Sequence record: KY499642.1
DNA: 64,000 bases
Reading direction: 5' to 3' (one strand)
In this document: piece by piece, positions 55,572-64,000 of the stretch
Numbering within the stretch: the first letter of the stretch is position 1
Layout of the letters: each line of letters opens with the position of its first letter
Program-made: the position numbers and the translations under genes
The notes under the pieces: generated by a model
What the model was told of the DNA's origin: nothing
The model's database searches: none
What the model saw: only the letters and a program-made list of their open reading frames with translations

Positions 55572-58496
55572 CACTTCATGGCTGTTGTAGCCAATGGAGA
55601 TATCGTCACGGATACTTAGAGTCCAGTCAGGGTTCAGTACCAGTTTCTTACCAAGCGTTGGTCGGTTACGACTGTCGGTCACGGTAAAGAGTTTCTGGTC
55701 TTCATAAGGACCCATTGCACCCATTTCCACATCCACAATCTCATCACCCAGACGCTTACGGATTTCTTCAGTAATTGCAGATACTGAAACCGTATCACCT
55801 TTAAGGTTAGTAAGAATAGCAGAACGTGTAGTCTCAGCCAATGTATCCAAGAAGTCACTGTTTTGACGTGCAGCACTGGTCAAGTAGTAGAACATACTGA
55901 ACTGGTTCTCAGCATCAATACGTGTCGTAGTACCATCTCCAAGCAATACATCAATCAGACCCATCGTGGTTTCTGGGTAGTAGTACAGCTTTGTTTTCTC
56001 AAGCAGACTAGTGTCGATAGATGGCAGGTCTTCCGTAATGTAACCTAACAAGGTGTCAGTTACTTTAGTCAGATATGCTTTCGTCTCTTCTGTATTGGAC
56101 AGAATGAACTTAGCATCCATCAGGAACAACTCTAGGCGTCGCTTAATTGAACGTGGGGCTTTCACTTCAGGCTTACCATCCACACCGTAGACCGGAGAAC
56201 CTTTAACGAATTGGATTTGTTTGTTACCGAACTTGTCAAGTACAAAATCACCTTTCTTGTGTTCAATAACAAGACGGGCTTTAGGTACACCGTCTACGTC
56301 AACGAACTCAACTGCCGGAGCATCCGTTGCAGGGTCTTTCTTAATCACGTCTTTAGAATAAGTGTAATAAACATCTTCTTCATGACGTTTGTAGTCTACA
56401 GAGCCAACTATAGTACGTGCGTTAGTCCAAAGCATCGGTAAGTGCTTACCATAGTTCAGAGTTAATACCTCTAAGGTCGCACCTTTCGCTCCACGTACTT
56501 CACTGTCAAGAATCATGTCGATAGATGACGTACGGTACTCAGGAGTAGTGTAGTTGCTCACAGAGTAGATGACGTTCATCAAACAAGTCAATGGCATTGC
56601 AGTTGGAGATGGCTTATCGCCTACCAGTACAAAGTTGTTGACAATCATGTCGTGGTTACGGTCGATGTCAAGGTTAGTTTCAATGAAGAACTCAAAGATA
56701 GCTTCACCATCTTCGTTGTGTCCTTTCAGTGTACCATTCACCCAAGCGTACTCTTCGCTATAACCTCGCGGTGTAAAGCTGATCTGTGCATGTTTCTGCT
56801 CAGGGTTCAAACTCTTGTACACGTCATCGCTTCGAGTCACGACAGTTAACAAGTAGCCGCCATCGACTTCTTTCAACTGCTGTTGCTTCGTACTGACGTC
56901 CAGATTCAACGTATTGTTGTTGTTTACAAAACGTTTGTTATCAATCTTTGGATTCGCCAAGTAGTAAGCACGCTCTTCAACAATCTGACCATTGAAGTCT
57001 AACACGTAATGGAACGGAGTAAACAAGATAGTGTTCTCGTTACCGTAACTTACCAACTGGTTAGGCTCCATACGACGATAGTCATCCAACGTACGACTGT
57101 CTACCTCAACCAAGCCATTAACGTACTTGTATAAAGTAGTAGGCAGAATCGTTAGACGGTTACCGTTGTCCTTCACGCCACCGCCAGCGGTTAATTCCGC
57201 AACACTGGTTTCCAAGATACCATTGACGGTACCGATTGGCGTAGAAAGCCCATCAACTGTTGGAGACGGAATCTCATTAGTTGCGTGGTAGATACGCTCA
57301 GTTACATAGTCGATTGACTTGTTAACGTCAAAGCCCATGTCGGTAGCAGCGTTCACCAATTGCTTCTCAGAGATAGGTAGTACACGACCACTGAATGAGT
57401 TGTCGATAACACGTTTACGCAACTGTTCAAATGTCAGACTGTCACGACCACCACGTGTGGCTGAGTCAGAGATAAGTGAGAAGTGCTTAAACGTCTTCAA
57501 CGGAGCAAAGTACTGAGTGTCGGTTGTCTTGCCGATGTCTACCCAACGTGCTGAGTATTCACTCACGTCGTAGTTAGGTAGGTTCATGTCAAGTGCACCT
57601 TTAGTTGCATAGACATCCACACGAACTTCGCCAGAGATTAAGCCCGTACGAACGTACACATCTGGGATGTACACTTCTAACTCACCGTTCAACACCTTAA
57701 GCTGCGCAGTAACCTCTGTAGGGTTGATTACCTCATCAGAGTGGGTTGTCTTCAGTTCACGCCATTTACCGTTCACACGGTTCCATACACGGGCATAGAA
57801 GTACTGGTCATCGTAACTGTAAGTGTTACGCCAACTGATACCACGAGTGATGGTGTCAATGTGAGTTGTGATTTTGTACTGCAAGGCAGGGATGGTGATA
57901 ACCACCATATCCAGACCTTTACCGTTAAATGGAATCGTACTGATAGTCCAATCCAGAGAACGAGAAGACAACGATGTGATTGGTGAGTCTAATGAATTGT
58001 CATAAACAATCTGTAGACCGCCGTGTGACAATACACGAATCTCAATCGGATACTGCAACGTAAAGGTAACACCACCAACCATGAACTCAGTGTCGCGTGG
58101 GATGATGAGTTTACGCATGTCGCGAGAATTACGTGGTGCCGCTTTCTCGTAGATTTCATTCTTACCAATAATAAGACGGAACTCTGCACGAGACGGTTGA
58201 GAGAATGGGTCAATCCAATCTTCATCAGACATGTGGCCGTAGAGGTCTTCCATGTCTACTGCCATAATAGCGTTGCGGCGTTGTAGTGTTTTAGTGTGAC
58301 TTTCGATACTTGTCTGTGCAAGCATCACGGAAGCCTCAGAAGACCAGATAACCGGATTGTTCGGGTCGAGTACGTCATAATCGACACCGTTGTTAATCCC
58401 TAGCAGTGTGTCTGTGACAGCGTCCTGCATTAAGTTGGGATTGTACATAGCGGCTATGGTATTTTCGAGGACTTTACTGACTTTAGTTCCTGCCAT
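55563..58496 (-). CDS. Baseplate wedge subunit (T4 gp6/baseplate J-like; phiKZ gp87-like)
   Basis: 977 aa. ATRGGRDSLTFEQLRKR matches the baseplate-J A.GG.D.E...LR.R motif. Confidence 0.7.
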   Translation of the reverse strand: MAGTKVSKVLENTIAAMYNPNLMQDAVTDTLLGINNGVDYDVLDPNNPVIWSSEASVMLAQTSIESHTKTLQRRNAIMAVDMEDLYGHMSDEDWIDPFSQPSRAEFRLIIGKNEIYEKAAPRNSRDMRKLIIPRDTEFMVGGVTFTLQYPIEIRVLSHGGLQIVYDNSLDSPITSLSSRSLDWTISTIPFNGKGLDMVVITIPALQYKITTHIDTITRGISWRNTYSYDDQYFYARVWNRVNGKWRELKTTHSDEVINPTEVTAQLKVLNGELEVYIPDVYVRTGLISGEVRVDVYATKGALDMNLPNYDVSEYSARWVDIGKTTDTQYFAPLKTFKHFSLISDSATRGGRDSLTFEQLRKRVIDNSFSGRVLPISEKQLVNAATDMGFDVNKSIDYVTERIYHATNEIPSPTVDGLSTPIGTVNGILETSVAELTAGGGVKDNGNRLTILPTTLYKYVNGLVEVDSRTLDDYRRMEPNQLVSYGNENTILFTPFHYVLDFNGQIVEERAYYLANPKIDNKRFVNNNNTLNLDVSTKQQQLKEVDGGYLLTVVTRSDDVYKSLNPEQKHAQISFTPRGYSEEYAWVNGTLKGHNEDGEAIFEFFIETNLDIDRNHDMIVNNFVLVGDKPSPTAMPLTCLMNVIYSVSNYTTPEYRTSSIDMILDSEVRGAKGATLEVLTLNYGKHLPMLWTNARTIVGSVDYKRHEEDVYYTYSKDVIKKDPATDAPAVEFVDVDGVPKARLVIEHKKGDFVLDKFGNKQIQFVKGSPVYGVDGKPEVKAPRSIKRRLELFLMDAKFILSNTEETKAYLTKVTDTLLGYITEDLPSIDTSLLEKTKLYYYPETTMGLIDVLLGDGTTTRIDAENQFSMFYYLTSAARQNSDFLDTLAETTRSAILTNLKGDTVSVSAITEEIRKRLGDEIVDVEMGAMGPYEDQKLFTVTDSRNRPTLGKKLVLNPDWTLSIRDDISIGYNSHEVKK

Positions 58497-59637
58497 CTCT
58501 GTTTACCTTTTTCATAACTTCTTGGTATTGATCTTCATAAACGAACCACAGCAACTCTTTTGTGTTGCGGTCAATCTGAGGATAACCGTACCAGTTAAAA
58601 TATTGAATTTCGTTCTTAGGTACACGACGCATATCACCACGTGGTGTAAACAGACCAACGTTGTTCTCAGCTTCAACCATGTCTGGGTTAAATAGACGAA
58701 CCACTTCATTGAACTCTTCAATCAAGCGAGGGTCTAAGTAAGCAGCACCTTCACAGTGGAACTGAATGTTAATCTGGTCATTCGCATCTAACATCGGCGT
58801 TTGTGCATCATAGTTCATCACCGCACCCAAGTTGTCGTTCACAGGGAACGCAGCAAGAGCAGCACCAATCTTAGTTACGTAAGTGAGCGTTGGGTCCATT
58901 ATCAAACGATAAATACGCGTTTCGTAGTTCTTCTCACGTTGAATCACATTGCGTGTACGTGGCCAGAAAGTCCCATCGTAGTAATTAGACATCGCTTCAA
59001 GCCATGTCGTGAACAACTGAGTTGTTACGTCACCGTCTAAGTTCTGGAACGTAGCATTGAGAGTATAGGTATAGTTAACTGCATAGTGGGAGTCAACCAT
59101 AGACCACTGCTCACGCTTCAAACCTTCTTCAGAGGTGTAAACGTCCAACGTGTTATCTGGAAAGCCTGATAAGGTAGTGATGCGGTTGGTAAGTAGTGGG
59201 ATGAACGCTTGCTTATTATCGAACGGTACCTGTGGGTGGAAGTCCATCCCTAAGCCACCGACGCCGTCGACGGCCATTGTATAGGGACACATTGGATCTA
59301 AGATGCCGAGAATGGCGCGCTCAGCAGAGCTATATCCGTTCTCAGACATATGGAGCATGCGTGGAGATTCGTTAACATTCGCTCGACTTAAGTTAAGGTC
59401 GGGACGTGTAAAGAACACATATCCTGCACGCTCACGGTTCTTTGGAACAGCGGTTGGAGCTATTCTATGGTTAAATCCCATGAACGTGTTAGTAATAGCA
59501 GCATCTGTGTCACCACGACCAGACATGATATCTATCCGTCGACGGTTCTCTCTACCGCGTTCATTCTCAGCCTCATAATCGATTTTGTAGCTATACGGCA
59601 AATCGTTATTGGCGTCGAGTTGATTATTATTTGACAT
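58483..59637 (-). CDS. Tail tube-like/baseplate protein (phiKZ gp88-like)
   Basis: 384 aa. YTLNATF...FTTWL...AFPV...IQFHC resembles a tube-fold pattern. Synteny. Confidence 0.55.
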   Translation of the reverse strand: MSNNNQLDANNDLPYSYKIDYEAENERGRENRRRIDIMSGRGDTDAAITNTFMGFNHRIAPTAVPKNRERAGYVFFTRPDLNLSRANVNESPRMLHMSENGYSSAERAILGILDPMCPYTMAVDGVGGLGMDFHPQVPFDNKQAFIPLLTNRITTLSGFPDNTLDVYTSEEGLKREQWSMVDSHYAVNYTYTLNATFQNLDGDVTTQLFTTWLEAMSNYYDGTFWPRTRNVIQREKNYETRIYRLIMDPTLTYVTKIGAALAAFPVNDNLGAVMNYDAQTPMLDANDQINIQFHCEGAAYLDPRLIEEFNEVVRLFNPDMVEAENNVGLFTPRGDMRRVPKNEIQYFNWYGYPQIDRNTKELLWFVYEDQYQEVMKKVNRDGRN

Positions 59638-59675
59638 GTCTATTATTCCTATCTGTATTTAGGAGAACTACAATC

Positions 59676-61160
59676 ATGATTGCAGAAGAAGCAAAAACCC
59701 TTCTATCTGGAGTCGTTACGCACTTGCCTGACTTATGGGCAAAACGCGGAGATTCTCTAATTGAGTTTACTCGCCCAACTCGTAACGATTTCCTGACTCT
59801 GGTCGAAAATGACCTAATCACTTTGGATTATCTACCTGATATCCTTGATACCGCACAGACGTTCGTTTCTGGTTACTACCTAAGCGCAGTTACGCTACTG
59901 GTAGACATTCCAGAAATCAACATCCGCCGTACGCTTGACCAAGTGTCAACACGACGTGACCCGGTAGAATCTATCCTAGGTTCTGGCTCGTCTGCATTTA
60001 AATTCGTTGGTACTGAATCATTCAAACATGGCTTACCTGCACTAGAGCACCTTGGCGGTGGTTCTATAGCAGCTGAGTGTTTTGCATTGGAAGATGAAAA
60101 GTACACTGGTGAGCACAAAAATCGCGAAACACTGGATGAATTAAATATTCAAATCAGTGAGAAGCAGTTGGATGAACTCACCAAACGTATCAATGAACAG
60201 TACAGCGATCGCGCACTGAACAACAAAGATGCGATGGATGCAGCTCGTCTGGAACACATCGATAAACAAATCGATGCCATTGACCAACGCTTTGAAAGTG
60301 AAAAGCTTGACCGTAAAGAGCGTAAAGAGCTCCAAGCGAAACAAGAGAAATACCAGAAAGAGCGTGACAAGGTTTCCGATGATCTTCGTGAACGTGACTT
60401 CGACCTTAAGAAGCTTTCACAAATCCTGCAAAAAGAGCAGTTTGAGTGGAACAAAGCACAGCAGTCGAAAGACAAAGGCTCTGTTGGCTTCGGTCGTGAT
60501 GCACTAGCGACTATCGAAGAACTGTCTAACCTTTCTACAGGTAAGACTCTGGAAGTGAACTTTGAGCGTAATGGCAACAAAGCTGCTATCCCAGTAACGA
60601 TCCGTCTGGCTGTAACAGACACTGACTCACTGTCAATGCGTACTATCCTGTCAGCTGCTGGTATTCAGAATACCTTTAAAGAGCGCTGGCGTCGTATGCG
60701 TAACGGTGAACTAGCGATGGTTAAAGACCTGCTGTTCTGTCACGACCTGATTGCAGAGTCGCGCCGTGTTCGCATTCGCGATAAGTCTGGCTTCTACGAG
60801 CATATGATGCGTAACCAGTCTAAGAACTTCCTATCGGGTCTGTTCTCAATGAACCCGTCTATCAACAACGCTTCTGCTGTGTTGATGGTAACCGAAGAAA
60901 CAGCTAAAGCTGCGTCTATCGAACTGGGTGGTTCACTGGACAAGTTCCATATCCGTGAGAAGGTATTCAAGTCAACTGCGGCAATGTTATTGTACGTGGT
61001 GGACACGAAGTGGGACACCGTAACTATTTATCACCGTGGTATCGACTCATACACCACTGTGACTAAACGTGATATCCAGCGTAAGAAAGGTAAAGGTGGT
61101 GGTTCTCAAGTAACTGACATCATCAATGCTTACCAAGCTGGTTCAGCGCCTGCAATTTAA
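59676..61160 (+). CDS. Inner-body/head protein (phiKZ gp89-like)
   Basis: ATG 59676 with AGGAG RBS. VGTE|S, IAAE|C and FALE|D sites, central coiled coil. Confidence 0.7.
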   Translation: MIAEEAKTLLSGVVTHLPDLWAKRGDSLIEFTRPTRNDFLTLVENDLITLDYLPDILDTAQTFVSGYYLSAVTLLVDIPEINIRRTLDQVSTRRDPVESILGSGSSAFKFVGTESFKHGLPALEHLGGGSIAAECFALEDEKYTGEHKNRETLDELNIQISEKQLDELTKRINEQYSDRALNNKDAMDAARLEHIDKQIDAIDQRFESEKLDRKERKELQAKQEKYQKERDKVSDDLRERDFDLKKLSQILQKEQFEWNKAQQSKDKGSVGFGRDALATIEELSNLSTGKTLEVNFERNGNKAAIPVTIRLAVTDTDSLSMRTILSAAGIQNTFKERWRRMRNGELAMVKDLLFCHDLIAESRRVRIRDKSGFYEHMMRNQSKNFLSGLFSMNPSINNASAVLMVTEETAKAASIELGGSLDKFHIREKVFKSTAAMLLYVVDTKWDTVTIYHRGIDSYTTVTKRDIQRKKGKGGGSQVTDIINAYQAGSAPAI

Positions 61161-61170
61161 GGAGTAGAAC

Positions 61171-62088
61171 GTGAGTGTAACCAATTACGTAAAAGGTCTG
61201 CTCCCATCATTCGAATCGTCTCGTGTGAAAGACAACCTGACTAACCTGTCTCAGGAAATCGACCAGTTCACGCTGCCATCTACTAAAGGGATGGTAGAGA
61301 CATTCCCGCATGATTGGAAGTGGAAGAATAAGAACGTAGAGACGCTTGACAAAGCTATCCGCAGTTCTTACAAGGGTAAGGTCTTCAAACGTGATGCAAG
61401 CGCACTGGAGCTCATTGAGCACGCTCTAGTGAATATGCAAACCACACTGCCTCTAATGAAGATGCAGGCGGATAAAGCATTTGCACGCACTATCTCATCT
61501 GAGGGTCTAACGTTTGACCGTGCAGCTATCCTGCAATTCTCAGAAGCAGCGACCTTCTTTGTTAACTACGCACGTATGCTGGTTAACTACCTGTCAGCGG
61601 CAGAACTGTCTGAACTGGATGGTAGCCGTAAAGTAGTCGGCATCGCACCAGACGACGAAGAGTACCTTCTGGCTAACCGTTACACATTTGCTATTGCATT
61701 AAGTATCATGTGTGTAGACGGCAAAGAGCTTAAGTCTGACATGGCGCAAATTCCTACATCTATTGTAGAGTCTGGTAATGAAGACGATATGGTAGCTGTT
61801 GTAGGTAAAGGTAAAATGGACCCGTTCGGTTTTGCCAGCCTTCCATTCCCTCTGTCTCTCGTATACCGAGCAGGTCTATCGATTGCCGATTGGCAAGTAA
61901 ACCGTTATGACCAAGCTCAGGAAGAAGCGAATGTTCAGCAGTATCGTATGATTCTACTGAAAGAACGTATCGAGAACGGTCAAGGTGATGCTGCAACGGA
62001 AGCTGCGTTGAAAGATGCTGAAGAGCGTCTGAAACTAGCACGTCGTAAAATCGCCAAGATGGAGGAAGATTATGGACTGGATCGATAA
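61171..62088 (+). CDS. Inner-body/head protein (phiKZ gp90-like)
   Basis: TAAGGAG RBS, GTG start, 305 aa, C-terminal coiled coil. Synteny. Confidence 0.65.
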   Translation: MSVTNYVKGLLPSFESSRVKDNLTNLSQEIDQFTLPSTKGMVETFPHDWKWKNKNVETLDKAIRSSYKGKVFKRDASALELIEHALVNMQTTLPLMKMQADKAFARTISSEGLTFDRAAILQFSEAATFFVNYARMLVNYLSAAELSELDGSRKVVGIAPDDEEYLLANRYTFAIALSIMCVDGKELKSDMAQIPTSIVESGNEDDMVAVVGKGKMDPFGFASLPFPLSLVYRAGLSIADWQVNRYDQAQEEANVQQYRMILLKERIENGQGDAATEAALKDAEERLKLARRKIAKMEEDYGLDR

Positions 62089-62653
62089 AAGGCCCGAACT
62101 TTCGGCGGAATCCCTTAATATTATGAATGAATGCGTGTCTCTGTTTCGACAGAATTCTATGCAGTCTCGTTCATGGGATTCAATCCATAAAGCCATCGAT
62201 GCATGTGCACCACTAATCTATCTGATGCGTGCGCCTGTCATTGGACATCCTCTGGATGGCATTTCGGACAGTGCAGGGTTAGTTAAGCGTTTCTACAATG
62301 AGACGGTAGGCTTTATCATGGGCGAGGAGCGTACCATCAACATTGTTGTATGGGAAGGCTTGATTAACGACATCACCAACTACACCGATGCGGCCACATG
62401 GCCAACTCGTCTTGGTAGTGCTGGTTCGATTGGTGCACATCTTGACTTCTATGCTAAGCCACCTAGCAAAGACAAAGTTGTGTCGTCATCTTTCAAACAC
62501 GACGGAATTCGCAATGATTTACTATCATATGCGCACCGTGATATTTTGCACAAATGGATTCATCGCAAGAATGGAATCGACGATATGTTGTTCTCATTAG
62601 TGTTGATGGCTAAAATCTACAGCGTGTACGAACATTCGTCCCTTAAGGGATAA
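62072..62653 (+). CDS. Conserved head-cluster protein
   Basis: GGAGG RBS. LSAE|S possible cleavage site. Confidence 0.6.
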   Translation: MDWIDKRPELSAESLNIMNECVSLFRQNSMQSRSWDSIHKAIDACAPLIYLMRAPVIGHPLDGISDSAGLVKRFYNETVGFIMGEERTINIVVWEGLINDITNYTDAATWPTRLGSAGSIGAHLDFYAKPPSKDKVVSSSFKHDGIRNDLLSYAHRDILHKWIHRKNGIDDMLFSLVLMAKIYSVYEHSSLKG

Positions 62654-62742
62654 CCCCGTCGCGACGGGACGTTTAGTAAAATAGTACCTATTATGTGTAG
62701 GTATTTGTTTTAACAATTTTTGGTTAACCAAACAAAAGGTAA

Positions 62743-63981
62743 ATGATCATGCGTAAGAATTGGATCGCAACTGAAGAACACACTGACGAAGTACAAGACG
62801 TTGAACTGATGGAAGTACCATCAGAGTCACTTGAGTCAGACCTTGTTGAAGTAACTGGCCTGGACAAAGACGTTGAGTCTTTGGTTGCTGACGGTGAAGA
62901 ACTTGAGCACGACCAAGAGCAAGTTGAAGCTCTTGCAGACAACGCTGAAGCTTCTCTGGAAGAAGACGGCATGGACGAAACTGCTGCTCGCGCTACTGAA
63001 ATCGCTGCTGAATCATTCTGCGGTAAGTGGGGCATCCAGCGTAAGAAAGTTGGTCTTGAATCATTCGGCACTTCTGACAGCCGTCGTCAAGCAACACAAA
63101 TCGCAGTTGAGTCTTTGAAAGACGCAGCAGCTGGTATGTGGGAAACTTTCGTTAAGTGGTTGAAAGAGCTTGTTGCTAAAGCACGCGAACAGCTTCTGAA
63201 ACTGACTAACGCTGGTAAGTCAATGAAGAACCGTGCTGAAAAACTTGAAGCGCGTCTTGACAAAGGTCTTGGCGTACAAGACAAGAAAGAAGTGGATGGT
63301 TCATTCACTAAGCAACTTGCAGTTGACGAAAAAGTTGACTACCAAGAGTGTCTGTCTTTCGCAAACAGCTCTGCTGCATCAGTAGACAGCATCGGTAAGT
63401 CAGTAATGACTGGTATCGACCAAGCTGGTAAACTGCTACGTGCAGGTACTGTTGAAGGCGCTGGCGGTTCTAAGATGGAACTTATCACTGGTAACTTTGG
63501 TAAGAAGACTTCTAAGAAACTGGGCGTACCTCAAGGTGCATCTGACGTTGAAGTTAAAGCACTGCCTGGTAACTGCTACCTGATCGGCTACACAGCGAAC
63601 GGTACTAAAGTAACTAAGTTTGAAGTTGCGACTGACAAAGTTAAAGACAGCAAGCTGCCTACTCTGTCTGCTGAGCAATGTAAAGCTGGTGCTAAAGCAC
63701 TGTACACTATCGGTGAAGTTCTAGAAACTAAACTGAAAGCGTTCCGCGACTCTAACGAGAAGATGGACAAGCTGGCTGACGCAGCTAAAGAAGCAGCGTC
63801 TAAGAACAAAGAAGCTACTTCTGAAAACCGTGAAGGTACAAAAGCAGCTCTTGCTCAAGCACGTGCAGACGTTAACTCTGCTAAAGCAGCTGAGCGCGCA
63901 GTAACTACTTCTCTGAAGAATGCTGGTGCTGGTATTGCTGGTTACGTTGCTGCATCTATCGCTGCTTACAAAGCGGCTTAA
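62743..63981 (+). CDS. Major inner-body protein of the gp93-like paralogue family
   Basis: Acidic propeptide with IATE, SLE, IAAE, VGLE and IAVE sites, then amphipathic helix GMWETFVKWLKELV. Strong codon bias. Confidence 0.8.
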   Translation: MIMRKNWIATEEHTDEVQDVELMEVPSESLESDLVEVTGLDKDVESLVADGEELEHDQEQVEALADNAEASLEEDGMDETAARATEIAAESFCGKWGIQRKKVGLESFGTSDSRRQATQIAVESLKDAAAGMWETFVKWLKELVAKAREQLLKLTNAGKSMKNRAEKLEARLDKGLGVQDKKEVDGSFTKQLAVDEKVDYQECLSFANSSAASVDSIGKSVMTGIDQAGKLLRAGTVEGAGGSKMELITGNFGKKTSKKLGVPQGASDVEVKALPGNCYLIGYTANGTKVTKFEVATDKVKDSKLPTLSAEQCKAGAKALYTIGEVLETKLKAFRDSNEKMDKLADAAKEAASKNKEATSENREGTKAALAQARADVNSAKAAERAVTTSLKNAGAGIAGYVAASIAAYKAA

Positions 63982-64000
63982 TAGATAGCACGATCGAACG

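Noticed and set aside
59876-63809. Antisense ORFs of 68-157 aa over the inner-body genes
   Set aside because: Ser/Leu/Phe-rich mirrors of strongly biased sense codons, without an RBS.
1-64000. Stop-codon reassignment, inteins, introns, integrase/transposase, CRISPR array, tRNA/rRNA
   Set aside because: Core genes are full-length and uninterrupted in the standard code, and no such signatures were seen by eye. tRNAscan or Infernal would be needed to exclude RNA genes formally.

Overview
This is a 64-kb segment of a phiKZ-like jumbo phage (Chimalliviridae, nucleus-forming type). The host cannot be determined from the window. From left to right it holds: (1) two tail/baseplate genes and the large terminase; (2) an accessory region (4.9-20.5 kb) with small early genes, a degenerate DNA-ligase-fold gene, ~1.5 kb of largely non-coding hairpin- and homopolymer-rich DNA, a HAD phosphatase, a secreted HNH nuclease, a nine-gene array of similarly built acidic proteins and a candidate sRNA; (3) the conserved core block, with one half of a split family-B DNA polymerase, chimallin (ChmA), non-virion RNA polymerase subunits, an SbcD-like nuclease, ChmC, the sigma-like subunit, PicA/Imp1 and an SF2 helicase; (4) a virion RNAP beta' subunit, a CYTH enzyme, the second polymerase half, baseplate genes and protease-processed head/inner-body proteins. 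Catalytic motifs were read directly from the sequence. Names such as ChmA, ChmC and PicA, and all phiKZ gp numbers, rest on synteny, size and my recollection of these families, not on a database search. No tRNA, rRNA, CRISPR array, intron, intein or mobile element was recognised. The most interesting unexplained signals are the nine-gene array, an ATAT(T/A)TCAT-N4-GTG early-promoter motif, an sRNA candidate with anti-Shine-Dalgarno sequences, a pseudo-ligase, a possible -1 frameshift, and shared mixed-charge disordered tails on the shell and import proteins.
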